A DNA stretch of 64,000 bases from Candidatus Limnocylindria bacterium (GTDB lineage Bacteria > Chloroflexota > Limnocylindria > P2-11E), in the NCBI GenBank assembly GCA_038207785.1, contig JBBQZK010000004.1, positions 3,095-67,094 on the forward strand, in the 5' to 3' direction. A program made the position numbers and the translations under genes. The notes beneath the pieces are model-generated. The model made no database searches. It had not been told where the DNA came from and saw nothing but the letters and a program-made list of their open reading frames with translations. Positions 33,145-46,973 of the stretch are shown here, piece by piece. Numbering within the stretch: position 1 is the stretch's first letter; each line of letters starts with the position of its first letter.

Positions 33145-33693
33145 ATGCGCCGCTGGCTTGTGCTCCTTGTGCCGGTGGCCGCGCTCTGCGCCGGTGCGGT
33201 CGCGGTCGCCGCGCGCGGCCACGACGAGGTGCCCGCCGTCGAGCTCGCCCCGCTGCCGAGCGCCGTGCCGACACCGCAGCTCATCGTCGTCGACGTCGCG
33301 GGGGCCGTCGCACATCCCGGAGTGATCCGCCTGCCGGCCGGCGCGCGCGTCATCGATGCGCTCCTCGCCGTTGGCGGCATGACGGGTGACGCCGACCTCT
33401 CCGCACTGAACAAGGCCGCGCCGCTCCGCGACGGGACCCGCATCTACGTGCCGCGTCCGGGCGAGGCGGTGCCAGCGGGTGCGCTGGGCGGGATCGTCGA
33501 CGCGAAGGTCGACGTGAACACGGCGACGGCCAATGACCTGGATGGCCTTCCCGGCATCGGCCCCGCGACCGCCGCGGCGATCATCCGGTCGCGGAGCGCG
33601 AAGCCCTTTTCCGCGATCGAGGAGCTGCAGACGAGAGGGCTCATCTCACCAAGGGTGTTCGCGGACCTGCGCGATCAGATCAGCGTGCGATGA
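33145..33693 (+). CDS. comEA: Competence protein ComEA (SLBB + tandem helix-hairpin-helix DNA-binding domains)
   Basis: Signal/TM anchor, an SLBB-like segment (PQLIVVDVAGAVAHPGVIRLPAGARVIDAL) and a C-terminal HhH pair (VDVNTATANDLDGLPGIGPATAAAIIRSR). Confidence 0.8.
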   Translation: MRRWLVLLVPVAALCAGAVAVAARGHDEVPAVELAPLPSAVPTPQLIVVDVAGAVAHPGVIRLPAGARVIDALLAVGGMTGDADLSALNKAAPLRDGTRIYVPRPGEAVPAGALGGIVDAKVDVNTATANDLDGLPGIGPATAAAIIRSRSAKPFSAIEELQTRGLISPRVFADLRDQISVR

Positions 33694-35723
33694 CCCGATT
33701 CCCGTTGCTGCCGGCAGCGGTCACCGCGACGCTGCTGTCGCTCCTCGGGACCGCGGCGCCGGCGATCGTGCCGTTCGCCGGCATCCCCGTCGCGCTCTGC
33801 TGTTGCGGCCTGGCCCAGGCGAGCGCGGACCGCATGCGACGGCTCGCCTGGATCGCCTGCGCGCTCATCGCCGGCGCCTGTGCGCTGCGCGTCGCGTTCC
33901 CGCTCGCACCGGCCGCGGGCCTCGGCGCCTTCGCCGACCTGCGGGCCGCGTTGGGCGAGCCGTTGCGGCGCCTCGTGCCCGAGCCGGAGAGCGGGATCCT
34001 GTTGGGCATCGCGCTCGGCGATCGCGCGAGCATCAGCGCCGATCTCGCGTACGCGTTCTCACGCAGCGGCACCAGCCATCTCCTTGCGATCTCGGGCTTC
34101 AACATGACGCTGGTGGCGTCCGCCGTCGGCGCGTGCCTCCGCGGGCGCTGCGGTCCGCGCGCGCGGGCCGTGGCGACGATCGTCGCGGTCGTCCTGTACA
34201 GCCTGCTCGTGGGCTTGGGCGCGAGCGTCGTGCGCAGCGCGGTCATGGCCGCGATCACGTCTCTCGGCCTCGCGCTCGGACGCCGCGCGGCCGCGGCGAA
34301 CGGCCTGTGCGCCGCGATCGCGACGATGCAGGCGCTCGATCCGGCGACCATCGGCGATGCTGGATTCCTGTTGAGCGCGGGTGCCACCGGGGGCCTCCTC
34401 GCGTTCCAGGCGCCGATCGCCGCACGGCTGCGGTGGCTGCCATCGCTGATCGGGGACGGGCTCGCGGCGACCGTGGCCGCGACGCTGCCGACGCTGCCGA
34501 TCGTCGCGGGCATCTTCGGCCGCGTATCGCTCGTGTCGCCGATCGCGAATGTCATCGCGGTGCCGCTGTTCCCGGCGCTCATGGCCACGAGCGTCGCCAC
34601 GGTGGCGGTCGGGACCGCGTCCGTCGATCTCGCATGGCCGTTCGCGCTCGCGGCGTACGCGACGGCGTTCGGGCTGCGCGTCGTCGTCGAGACCGCGGCG
34701 GCCCTGCCACTGGCGGCGGTCGAGGTGCCGCGGGGACCCATCACCGCGGCGGTGCTCTTCGCGCTGTGCGCCGCGGCCGTCGTTGCCGCCCGGCGGGTCC
34801 GCGTGCGGCTTCCAGCGATCGCGAGGCCGGAGCTGCCCCGCCCGCCATCGCGCCGCGCGATCGCCATCGCCACCGGTGTGGTGCTCGTGCTCGTGATCGC
34901 GGTGGGCGGCGCCGCGGTGACGGGCGGCCCCGCCTTCCGCGTCCGCGCGCTCGACATCGGGCAGGGCGACGCGTTCCTGGTCGAGGCCGGCGGCAAGCTG
35001 GCCCTCATCGACGGCGGCCCCGATCCGGCCCGCCTGCTGGCCGAGCTGGGCGCGAGCCTGCCGGCCTGGCGTCGCCGCATCGATCTCGTCGTCCTGACGC
35101 ACGCGCATCTCGATCATGGCGCCGGCCTCCTCGCGGTGCTTGACCGCTACGACGTCGGGCTCGCGCTTGCGCCGCGCGGCCTCACTGCCGGGCCGCTGGC
35201 CGACGCGTGGAACGGCCGGATCGCGGCGCGCCACATCACGCGTGCGGACCTCGAGGCCGGGTCCATCGTCAAGCTCGGCGCTGCGCGGATCCGGGTCCTC
35301 GCGCCGAACGGCGATCCGCTGGTCGACATCCCGTCGCTGGTCCTGCGGGTCGAGCTCGGCGCGAGCTCGGTCCTGTTCAGCGGTGACGCGACGGAGGCTG
35401 CGCAGGCCGACCTGCTGCTGGCACCGGAGCTCCTGCGGTCCCGCATCTACGTTCCGCCGCACCACGGCGCCGCGACCCCGTACGCGAGCGCCCTCGTCGG
35501 CGCCGTCCGTCCCGAGGTCGCGCTCATCTCGGCGGGCCTGGACAACCGCTACGGCCACCCGACCGCGGAGACCCTCGCCGCGCTCACGAACGTACCGACG
35601 TACCGCACCGATCGCGACGGGACGGTGGAGGTCATCGCGGACGGCGCGCGGCTCATCGTCCACTCCCACGCGAATGGGCTGCCCCCGCCGCGGGCGCAGG
35701 GGATCCCGCACCTCGCCCGCTAG
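33690..35723 (+). CDS. comEC: DNA internalisation competence protein ComEC/Rec2 with C-terminal metallo-beta-lactamase domain
   Basis: 677 aa with a polytopic competence domain (SHLLAISGFNMTLV) and an MBL motif (VLTHAHLDHGAGL). Overlaps comEA. Confidence 0.85.
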   Translation: MTRFPLLPAAVTATLLSLLGTAAPAIVPFAGIPVALCCCGLAQASADRMRRLAWIACALIAGACALRVAFPLAPAAGLGAFADLRAALGEPLRRLVPEPESGILLGIALGDRASISADLAYAFSRSGTSHLLAISGFNMTLVASAVGACLRGRCGPRARAVATIVAVVLYSLLVGLGASVVRSAVMAAITSLGLALGRRAAAANGLCAAIATMQALDPATIGDAGFLLSAGATGGLLAFQAPIAARLRWLPSLIGDGLAATVAATLPTLPIVAGIFGRVSLVSPIANVIAVPLFPALMATSVATVAVGTASVDLAWPFALAAYATAFGLRVVVETAAALPLAAVEVPRGPITAAVLFALCAAAVVAARRVRVRLPAIARPELPRPPSRRAIAIATGVVLVLVIAVGGAAVTGGPAFRVRALDIGQGDAFLVEAGGKLALIDGGPDPARLLAELGASLPAWRRRIDLVVLTHAHLDHGAGLLAVLDRYDVGLALAPRGLTAGPLADAWNGRIAARHITRADLEAGSIVKLGAARIRVLAPNGDPLVDIPSLVLRVELGASSVLFSGDATEAAQADLLLAPELLRSRIYVPPHHGAATPYASALVGAVRPEVALISAGLDNRYGHPTAETLAALTNVPTYRTDRDGTVEVIADGARLIVHSHANGLPPPRAQGIPHLAR

Positions 35724-35733
35724 GCTCGGTCGC

Positions 35734-36840
35734 GTGTCACAGGCTCGCCGCGGACGCGCCCTCTATCTCATCCACGGCGAGGATCCCTACCGCGCACGGC
35801 TCCGTGCCGCGGAGCTCGTGGCCACGCTGATGAGCGGCGACACCCGGCCGTCCGATCTGCGGACGCAGCGCACCGCGGATCTCGGGTCGCCGCTCGGGCT
35901 CAGCCGCCACGACGCCCGCAGCGGCGACGCGGTCGCCCTCATCGAGCTCTCCGGCCGCTCGCAGGGCCTGTTCGACGCGGTCGACGAGCAGCGCGTCGTG
36001 GTCGTCGAGCACGCCGAGGCGCTGAAGGACACCGACGTCATCGCCCGGTTCCCCGTGGAGGCCGCGCTCGTGCTCGTCAGCGAGTCGAAGATCCAGGCCC
36101 GCGGGCGCCGGCCGGCCAAACCGAAGGCGTCTGCGAAGGCCGCTCCGGAGCCGGCGGCGGATCTCGCGACGGCGGTGGAGGCGGCCGGGGGCGCCATCGA
36201 GCACGTTGCCCGCCTCGGCCCGGGCGAGCTCGGCGGGTGGGTCGCCGCGAGGGCGACGCTGCTGGCCGTCGATCTCGCGCCCGACGCGATCACCGATCTG
36301 TCCGTCGCGGTGGGGCCGGACAGCGAACGGATCGACCAGGAGCTCGCGAAGCTCGGCGCGTTCTCGGCCGGCGCGCGAGTCACTGGCGCGGATGTGCGCG
36401 CGCTCGTGAGCGGGGCGATCGAGACGGACGTCTTCGAGCTCACCCAGGCCGTCGTGCGGCATGACTCCAAGACCGCTATCGGACGCTTGGACGCGCTGCT
36501 CGCCGAGGGCCAGGTCCCGCAGCAGATCCTCGCCCTCCTGCTCTGGCAATTCCGGGTGCTGCTGTTCGCGTCGGCGATGCGCTCGAGCGCCGACGCGGAG
36601 AAGAGCGCGAAGGCCATCCGCAGCTCCGCCTATGCCATCGGGAAGTGGCAAGCCTTCGCGCGGACCGTCTCGCGAAAGGACGTCATCCGCGCATACGAGG
36701 TGCTCTACGCGACGGATCTCGCGATCAAGACCGGACGCGTCGAGGAAAAGCTCGCGATGACCTTGTGCGTGCTGGACCTCTGCGGCATCCACGCCGCCGA
36801 TCCGCGGGAGCTCGTGGTCGGCGAGCCGCCGCGTCGCTAG
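35734..36840 (+). CDS. holA: DNA polymerase III subunit delta
   Basis: GTG at 35734 (VSQARRGRALYLIHGEDPYRA), residue 207 of listed ORF 35116..36840, with the HolA C-terminal helical domain. The conserved comEA-comEC-holA order supports the call. Confidence 0.75.
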   Translation: MSQARRGRALYLIHGEDPYRARLRAAELVATLMSGDTRPSDLRTQRTADLGSPLGLSRHDARSGDAVALIELSGRSQGLFDAVDEQRVVVVEHAEALKDTDVIARFPVEAALVLVSESKIQARGRRPAKPKASAKAAPEPAADLATAVEAAGGAIEHVARLGPGELGGWVAARATLLAVDLAPDAITDLSVAVGPDSERIDQELAKLGAFSAGARVTGADVRALVSGAIETDVFELTQAVVRHDSKTAIGRLDALLAEGQVPQQILALLLWQFRVLLFASAMRSSADAEKSAKAIRSSAYAIGKWQAFARTVSRKDVIRAYEVLYATDLAIKTGRVEEKLAMTLCVLDLCGIHAADPRELVVGEPPRR

Positions 36841-36844
36841 ACCG

Positions 36845-40294
<3,450 letters not shown>

Positions 40295-40331
40295 CGTTCG
40301 AGTATGCGGCCCGCGCTTGTCTACGCCGTGA

Positions 40332-41222
40332 CTACGAGGCCTTCTTGCGAGCGGTCTTGCCCGTATCGGTCTTCTTCGCGGACTTGCCGTGGACGAGCGA
40401 CTCGTGACCGCCGCGCGCGGAGCGGCCGCCCTTCTTCTCGTCCTCCTTGGCCTTCGCGACGGAGGCCTTCAACGCGGACATGAGGTCGATGACGGTCGTC
40501 TCGGCTTCCGGCTCGGCGGCCTCCACCAGGTCCTCGCGGCCTTCGACCTTGGCCTCGACGACCTTCTCGAGCGCCTTCTTGTATTCGTCGTGGAACTCGG
40601 AGGGATCGAACTCCATGGCCATCATCCCGACCAGGTTCTCGGCCATCTTCAGCTCCGCCGGCGAGACCTTGATGTCGCTGGGCAGGTCGAGATCCTCGGT
40701 GTTCCGGATCTCGTCCGGCCAGTGCAGGGTGTTCATGACCATGGCGCCGTCGAGCGAGCGCACGGACACGAGGCGCTCGCGGTCGCGGAGCGCGAACTTC
40801 GCGATCGCGATCTGGCCGGTCCGCTCGAGGGTCTTCTTCATCAACGCGTACGGCTTCTGCGCGGACTTTTCGGGCTCCAGGTAGTACGCGCTCTGGTAGT
40901 ACAGAGAGCCGGGGAGCTCTTCGTCCTTGATGAACCCCGTGATGTCGATGGCCTTGCTGGATTCGAGCGGCAGCTTCTCGAGATCGTCATCGGTCATGAT
41001 CACGTAGCTGCCCTTCTCGTACTCGTAGCCCCGAACGACGTCGCCCCACGCGACCTCGTGATCGCCCTCCGGGCACCAGCGCTTGTTCTTGATACGCGAC
41101 TTGTGGTCGGGGCACAGGAGGTGGAAGGACACCTTCGACGAGCTCTCCGTCGCGAGGTACAGCCGCACCGGGATGTTCACCATCCCGAACTGCAGCGAGC
41201 CCTTCCAGATCGACCGTGGCAT
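40332..41222 (-). CDS. ku: Non-homologous end-joining protein Ku
   Basis: MPRSIWKGSLQFGMVNIPVRLY N-terminus, a Ku core and a Lys-rich C-terminal tail. 296 aa. Confidence 0.9.
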   Translation of the reverse strand: MPRSIWKGSLQFGMVNIPVRLYLATESSSKVSFHLLCPDHKSRIKNKRWCPEGDHEVAWGDVVRGYEYEKGSYVIMTDDDLEKLPLESSKAIDITGFIKDEELPGSLYYQSAYYLEPEKSAQKPYALMKKTLERTGQIAIAKFALRDRERLVSVRSLDGAMVMNTLHWPDEIRNTEDLDLPSDIKVSPAELKMAENLVGMMAMEFDPSEFHDEYKKALEKVVEAKVEGREDLVEAAEPEAETTVIDLMSALKASVAKAKEDEKKGGRSARGGHESLVHGKSAKKTDTGKTARKKAS

Positions 41223-41325
41223 CCGACACCTCCGCTTGCCCGCTTGTCGCGCGGCCAGCCGCGCGCAGCGGACACCTGCGCGTCAAGACCTCGCACGACC
41301 TGTGCCGTGCGACCGACCGATCGCG

Positions 41326-41712
41326 CTACGCGCGCGCGAGCCAGAGGATCCGGCGGAGCGTCGCCGGATCGCCGGGCCAGTGCTCGGCCACGATCTCCGC
41401 CGATGACGAGCGGATCACGAACCGGAGCGCGAACGCCGCGATGATCGCGTCGTCGAGCGCCCCCGCGATGGGCACGAAGTCGGGCACCAGGTCGATGGGG
41501 AAGGCGAGGTACGCCGCCGTGGCCCCGAGCACGATCTTCGCGCGGAGCGGCACGCGCGGATCGCGCAGCAGGCCCGCGAAGAGGCGAGTCAGGTTCGGAA
41601 CGAGGGTCGCGAGCTCGCGCGCGAGCGCGCGCCGGCCGAGGAGCACGAGCGCGAGGACGAGCAGGGTCCAGATGAGGACGATGACCGCGATGACGGTGAG
41701 GACGCGTTCCAC
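41326..41712 (-). CDS. DUF1232 (YkvA-like) membrane protein
   Basis: 128 aa with two TM helices and a conserved PIDLVPDFVPIAGALDD motif. Confidence 0.6.
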   Translation of the reverse strand: MERVLTVIAVIVLIWTLLVLALVLLGRRALARELATLVPNLTRLFAGLLRDPRVPLRAKIVLGATAAYLAFPIDLVPDFVPIAGALDDAIIAAFALRFVIRSSSAEIVAEHWPGDPATLRRILWLARA

Positions 41713-41713
41713 C

Positions 41714-43339
41714 TCAGCCCGCGAGCGCCCGCGCCGCCAGGCTCGTGGGCATCGCCCCGCTCGAGGTCAGCCGGTCGTGGAACTCGCGGAGGGCCGGCAC
41801 GTCTGCCGCACCTCGTTTCGCGAGCCAGCGGGTCCGCAGGTCGACGATCTCGAGCATGCCGGTGAGATATGCCGAGGCCTGCGTCGGCCACGAGCAGTAG
41901 CGGCCGACCTCGGCCCGCGCGTTCGGCAGGCTGAGGTTGCCCTTCTCCACCATGAACGTCACCGCTTCGTCGAACGTCATCTCGCCCATGTGCAGGCTCG
42001 TGTCGACGACGATCCGCGCCGCCCGGAAGATCGTGGCCTCGTACTGGTAGAGCAGGTGCTTCGGATCGGTGAAGAACCCCTGCTCGCGCATGACCCGCTC
42101 GGCGTAGAGGGCCCAGCCTTCCGAGAAGTAGGGCGTGTTGAAGATCTGCCGCAGCTTCGACGGGTTGAAGTGCGCCATCACCAGATGCCAGTGATGTCCG
42201 GGATAGGCCTCGTGCACCGCGGTCGTGGGGATGCCGGCGCTGCAGTTCCCCTCGAGCCGCTTCTGGACCTCCTCCGGAGCGGTGTTGTCAGGGGGGTACG
42301 GCACGAAGAAGTGCCCGGCCAGTGAATCGCTGAACGCCGGCGGGCGGTTGTACGAGGCCACCGCGAGGATCGGGCGCTGGAACGGGGGCGATGGCTCGAC
42401 CGTGCAGCGCTCGCCCGGCGGAAGCGTGACGAGACCGGTGTCGCGCAGGAACGACCGCGCCCGTTCCGTCCACTCCTCATATTCAGCGCGCATGCCGTCG
42501 GGCGTTGGGGCGTGGATCTTGTTCAGCTTCTCGAGGAGGCCGGCCCAGTCCTCGCTGCCGGAGATGTCCTTGGCGATGCGGCGGGCCTCGGCGGCGAGCA
42601 GGTCGTACTGCTCGCGGCCGCGCTCACGGAGCGCGCGGGCGTCGTACGGCAACAGCTCCTTCTCTTTCAGCAGCGCGCTGTACAGCGCTTCGCCGGCCGC
42701 GTAGTCGCCGGTGGCCTTGTCCTTCTTCTCCTGCAGGAACGCGGCGAACGCGTCGAACGCGTCGCCCGCCTCGGAGCCCGCGGCGGCGAGCTTCTCCCGC
42801 GCCTTCGGGTCGCTCACCTCTTGGGGCACGAGATCGCGGGCGTACGTCGCCGCCGCGCGGGCCTGGCCGATCGCGCGATCGACGTAGATCTTCGGAACGA
42901 TCGTGAAGTCAAGGTTGTCGATCCCCTGACGCAGGGCCCGGGGGACCTGGGAGAGGCGAGCCCGAGCGGCGTCGGCGAGGTCGTTCTCCGGACGCAGCTT
43001 GTGCAGGAAGAGCGAGAACACGCCCTGCAGGCCGGGATTCAGATACGTCGCGGGCTGCTTCTGCCACGAGCGCTGCGGGGCATTCAGCTCGCGCCCGCGG
43101 AGGATCGAGCACCCGAAGTCGCGATCGATCCGCTCGGCCGGGGTCAGCTCGTCATCGGGGAGGGCCCGGAAGCGCTTGAGCCACGCGCTCGAGCGCTCCT
43201 CGTGGCGCCGGAAGGCGTCTGCCGAGAGATCATCGAGCCGCTCGTCGTACTCCGTGAGCCCCAGGCTGCTCGCCTGCACGGGTGACTCGGCGAACTCCTC
43301 TTTCAGGAACGTGTCGGTAAGGTCGGCGAACGACGGCAC
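41714..43339 (-). CDS. DUF885-family protein with HExxH-type motif
   Basis: 541 aa with a GTG start preceded by GGGAGG. It carries the conserved DUF885 region ...TAVHEAYPGHHWH.... Confidence 0.7.
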   Translation of the reverse strand: MPSFADLTDTFLKEEFAESPVQASSLGLTEYDERLDDLSADAFRRHEERSSAWLKRFRALPDDELTPAERIDRDFGCSILRGRELNAPQRSWQKQPATYLNPGLQGVFSLFLHKLRPENDLADAARARLSQVPRALRQGIDNLDFTIVPKIYVDRAIGQARAAATYARDLVPQEVSDPKAREKLAAAGSEAGDAFDAFAAFLQEKKDKATGDYAAGEALYSALLKEKELLPYDARALRERGREQYDLLAAEARRIAKDISGSEDWAGLLEKLNKIHAPTPDGMRAEYEEWTERARSFLRDTGLVTLPPGERCTVEPSPPFQRPILAVASYNRPPAFSDSLAGHFFVPYPPDNTAPEEVQKRLEGNCSAGIPTTAVHEAYPGHHWHLVMAHFNPSKLRQIFNTPYFSEGWALYAERVMREQGFFTDPKHLLYQYEATIFRAARIVVDTSLHMGEMTFDEAVTFMVEKGNLSLPNARAEVGRYCSWPTQASAYLTGMLEIVDLRTRWLAKRGAADVPALREFHDRLTSSGAMPTSLAARALAG

Positions 43340-43365
43340 GGCGTCCTCCCCACAATGCGTAGGCC

Positions 43366-45891
43366 GTGAGTCTTACCGAATACCAGCGAAAGCGTGATTT
43401 CAAGAAGACCCCCGAGCCGAAGGGCACGCTGCAGGACGCTCCGCCGAAGCCGCGGTACGTCGTCCACCGGCACCACGCGACCCGGCTCCACTGGGACGTG
43501 CGCCTCGAGATGCGCGGGGTCCTCGCGTCGTTCGCGGTCCCGCAGGGGCCGCCGCTCGTGGCCGGCAAACGGCGACTCGCGGTCCATACCGAGGACCACC
43601 CCATCGAATACCTCACTTTCCACGGCGTCATCCCCGACGGATACGGCGCCGGCAGCATGACGATCTGGGACCAGGGAACGTACGACCTGCTCCTCGAGAA
43701 GCCGTCCAAGGGTAACAAGGGCGGCGAGCTCAAGATCCAGTTCCACGGCACCCGGCTCACCGGCGAGTACGTGATCGTGCAGACCACGGCCCACGAGGGC
43801 CGCGACTGGCTGATGATCATGCACGGCACGCCGCCCAAGGACGATCCGATGCAGGGCCCGATCGCGCCCATGCTCGCGATCACCGCGGACGAGCCGTTCG
43901 ACTCGCCGCAGTTCACGTATGAACCAAAGTGGGACGGCGTGCGCACGATCGCGTTCGTCGACGGCGGCGAGGTGCGGCTGCAGACCCGGAACCTCCTCGA
44001 TTGCACCAAGCAATACCCGGAGGCCCACGGTGCCGCCGAAGCGCTGACCGGCGGCTACCAGGCGATCCTCGATGGGGAAGTCGTCGCCTTCGACGAGAAG
44101 GGCGTGCCGTCATTTCAGCGGCTCCAGCCACGCATGCATCAGCAGGACGAGAGCGCCGTGAGCCGTCTGCGCAAGAGCGTGCCGGTCGTCTACGAGGTCT
44201 TCGATCTCCTCTATCTGGACGGGGAGGACCTCACGCGCCAGCCGCTCCGCGAGCGCCGCCGCCGCCTCGAGGCGGCCCTCGAGCCGATGGGCGCCATCCG
44301 GCTCTCCGAGGGCTTCCCCGGATCGGGCATCGCGCTGTTCAACGCGGCGCGCGACCAGGGGCTCGAGGGCATCGTGGCGAAGCGGCTCGATGCGCCGTAC
44401 GCCAGCGGCCGCTCGGCGGCGTGGGTGAAGATCAAAGCGTTCAAGGCCATGGACTGCGTCATCGGCGGCTGGACCGCGGGCCAGGGCGGCCGCCACTCCA
44501 CGCTCGGCGCGCTGATCGTGGGCATCTACCGCGACGGGAAGCTCATCCCCGTCGGGCATGTCGGGACGGGCTTCGACGATCGGACCCTGCGCGACCTCCT
44601 CGTCACCCTGAAGGAGCACCAGTCGCCAAGCTCGCCATTCGCGCTGGCGCCCAAGGTGAACCAGCCGGCGACCTGGTGCTTCCCGGATCTCGTCTGCGAG
44701 GTCCGTTACGCCGAGATGACGCGCGACGGGACGCTCCGCCACCCGGCGTACCTCGGCCTGCGCTCGGACGTTGACCCGGCGGAGTGCACTGGCCAGGAGA
44801 TTGCCGCGTCGGCGAAAGAGGCGCAGCGGAACGCCGCACGAGCGTCAAAAGAAGTGGAGCGCACACCGGACGTGGTTGCGACGCGCACGGCACGTACGCC
44901 GGCGGTCCTGGAGATCGACGGGCACCAGCTCAAGCTCACGAACCTCGAGAAGGTGCTGTTCCCGGAGGACGGCTACACGAAGGCCGACCTCATCAAGTAC
45001 TACACCCTGGTCTCGCCGTATCTCGTGCCCGTGATCACGGACCGGCCGCTCACGCTGAAGCCGTTCCCCGACGGCATCAGCGGGATGAGCTTCTACCAGA
45101 AGGACAAGCCCGAGTTCACGCCCAAGTGGATCAAGAGCTGGACCGACCGCGCGGCCGACCGCGAAGGCGGCATCGACTACATCCTCGGCAACGACATCGC
45201 GACCATCGTCTGGATGGCCAACTACACGGCGATCGAGATCCATCCGTGGCTTTCGCGCGTCGACAAGCCCGACAACCCCGACATCGCGATCATCGATCTC
45301 GACCCGTCCGCCGGCGCGACGTGGTCCGACGTGAAGGAGACCGCGCTCCTCGTGCGGGGCATCCTGGACGACCTCGATCTGCAGGGATTCCCGAAGACGA
45401 CCGGGTCGCGCGGCATCCACGTGCTCGTCCCGATCGCGCGGCGGTACTCCTTCGACGAGTCGCGCGGGTTCGTCGAGCAGGTCGGCAAGATGGCGCGTGA
45501 GAAGGCGCCGAAGCTCGTGACCCTGACGTTCGCCAAGAAGGAGCGACGGGGGGTGTACGTCGACTACCTGCAGAACGTCCGCGGCAAGACGACCGCCGGC
45601 CCGTACAGCGTGCGCCCGATCCGCCGCGCGCCGGTGAGCGCGCCGCTGCGGTGGGACGAGATCGAGGCCCTCGGCCGGCCGGACGCGTTCACGATCGCCA
45701 ATCTGCCCGCGCGTCTTGCGACGGTGGGGGACCTGCTCGCCCCGGCCCTCGACCTCGCGCAGAAGCTGCCGAAGACGGTGTTCAGGGCCGGCACGCCGGC
45801 GCCGCCGAAGGCCGCGATCGGCAGCGCTGCGCCGAAGCAGCCGGTCGGGAAGAACGCGGTCGTGAAGAAAGCGGTCGCGAAGAAGCATTGA
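43366..45891 (+). CDS. ligD: Multidomain NHEJ DNA ligase LigD (phosphoesterase-ligase-polymerase/primase order)
   Basis: N-terminal 3'-phosphoesterase motif (HRHHATRLHWDVRLE), ligase motif I (EPKWDGVR) and a C-terminal LigD polymerase/primase domain. 841 aa. Confidence 0.9.
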   Translation: MSLTEYQRKRDFKKTPEPKGTLQDAPPKPRYVVHRHHATRLHWDVRLEMRGVLASFAVPQGPPLVAGKRRLAVHTEDHPIEYLTFHGVIPDGYGAGSMTIWDQGTYDLLLEKPSKGNKGGELKIQFHGTRLTGEYVIVQTTAHEGRDWLMIMHGTPPKDDPMQGPIAPMLAITADEPFDSPQFTYEPKWDGVRTIAFVDGGEVRLQTRNLLDCTKQYPEAHGAAEALTGGYQAILDGEVVAFDEKGVPSFQRLQPRMHQQDESAVSRLRKSVPVVYEVFDLLYLDGEDLTRQPLRERRRRLEAALEPMGAIRLSEGFPGSGIALFNAARDQGLEGIVAKRLDAPYASGRSAAWVKIKAFKAMDCVIGGWTAGQGGRHSTLGALIVGIYRDGKLIPVGHVGTGFDDRTLRDLLVTLKEHQSPSSPFALAPKVNQPATWCFPDLVCEVRYAEMTRDGTLRHPAYLGLRSDVDPAECTGQEIAASAKEAQRNAARASKEVERTPDVVATRTARTPAVLEIDGHQLKLTNLEKVLFPEDGYTKADLIKYYTLVSPYLVPVITDRPLTLKPFPDGISGMSFYQKDKPEFTPKWIKSWTDRAADREGGIDYILGNDIATIVWMANYTAIEIHPWLSRVDKPDNPDIAIIDLDPSAGATWSDVKETALLVRGILDDLDLQGFPKTTGSRGIHVLVPIARRYSFDESRGFVEQVGKMAREKAPKLVTLTFAKKERRGVYVDYLQNVRGKTTAGPYSVRPIRRAPVSAPLRWDEIEALGRPDAFTIANLPARLATVGDLLAPALDLAQKLPKTVFRAGTPAPPKAAIGSAAPKQPVGKNAVVKKAVAKKH

Positions 45892-46427
45892 GCGTCGCGG
45901 TCCTGGCTCCCGGCTACGGCGGTACCGCCGAGCAGCCGCTGCTCCGGAGGCTCGCGGCCCGCCTCGAGGCTGACGGCATCGCCACCGCCCGCATCACGTT
46001 CTCGGTGAAACGTCCGAGCCGCGGCTACGTGACCGAGAAGGCGGACCTCCGTGCCGCACGCGACGCGCTCGTGGCCCGGGCCGGAGGGCCCGTTGCGCTG
46101 GTGGGGCGGTCGTTCGGCGGGCGGATGTGCGCGTTCCTTGCCGCGGAAGAGCCGCCCGACGCGCTCGTGATCCTCGGCCATCCGATCTCGCCGCCCGATC
46201 GGCCGCGGCCTGCGGACGAAGCCGCACTGCTCGGGATGACCTGCCCGACGCTCGTCGTGCAAGGAGATCGCGACGAGCTCGGCCCACTCGCGGTGCTCGA
46301 GCGGATCGCCGGACAGAATCCGCGGATCGACCTCGTCATCCTGCATGGGTCGGCCCACGAGTACGGGACCCATGAGGCCGAGGCCATCGATGCCGCCGCC
46401 CGCTGGCTCGCGGCGATCCTGCGTTGA
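45888..46427 (+). CDS. Alpha/beta-fold hydrolase (small, dienelactone-hydrolase-like)
   Basis: TTG start overlapping the ligD stop (residue 80 of listed ORF 45651..46427). A GRSFGG nucleophile elbow and downstream Asp/His are present. 179 aa. Confidence 0.55.
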   Translation: MSVAVLAPGYGGTAEQPLLRRLAARLEADGIATARITFSVKRPSRGYVTEKADLRAARDALVARAGGPVALVGRSFGGRMCAFLAAEEPPDALVILGHPISPPDRPRPADEAALLGMTCPTLVVQGDRDELGPLAVLERIAGQNPRIDLVILHGSAHEYGTHEAEAIDAAARWLAAILR

Positions 46428-46526
46428 CCCGCGCTAGGCGGCGCGTGGATCGGTTGCTGTGTTGCGAATGGCGTCTGCACGACCGGGCGGGGTCGCTGCG
46501 TGCAACCGACCTGATCCACGTCGTGG

Positions 46527-46973
46527 CTACCCAGGCGCTTGGTCACCACGCGCGCCGAGCGCGTTCAATTCAGCCTGCCAGAGTGTGATGAACTGCGGGT
46601 CGGTCAGCGGCAGCCGGTTCCCGCGGCGGATCATCGCCACGTACACGATGTCGCGCCCGTCCAGGTGGATCGGGAGCAGGTACCGAATGCCGATGCCCTT
46701 GACCGTGACGAGGCGCGCCTCGACTCCGGGCAGTGGCACGGCGGGCGCGTTTGGGTCGGGGTGCCCGGTCTGCGGGAACTGGCGCAGTTGGCTCAGGCGC
46801 TTGTCGATCGCCGCGAGGACGGACGCAGCGTTCCGCGGGCTGTCGGCCGCGATGTAGGCCAGCAACTCGGTCAGCTCGGCCATCGCGCTGTCGGCGACGA
46901 GGACTCGGTAGCGTGCGGGGACTACCGCCCGGGGAACTGCGCCCGCAGACGAGCGGCGGACGCCTCGTCCCAT
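46527..46973 (-). CDS. Type II toxin, ParE/RelE family
   Basis: ParE-like order: YRVLVADSAMAELTELLAYIAADSPRNAASVLAAIDKRL...VTVKGIGIRYLLPIH...RDIVYVAMIRRGNR. The start is uncertain because it overlaps the antitoxin gene by 40-52 nt. Confidence 0.7.
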   Translation of the reverse strand: MGRGVRRSSAGAVPRAVVPARYRVLVADSAMAELTELLAYIAADSPRNAASVLAAIDKRLSQLRQFPQTGHPDPNAPAVPLPGVEARLVTVKGIGIRYLLPIHLDGRDIVYVAMIRRGNRLPLTDPQFITLWQAELNALGARGDQAPG

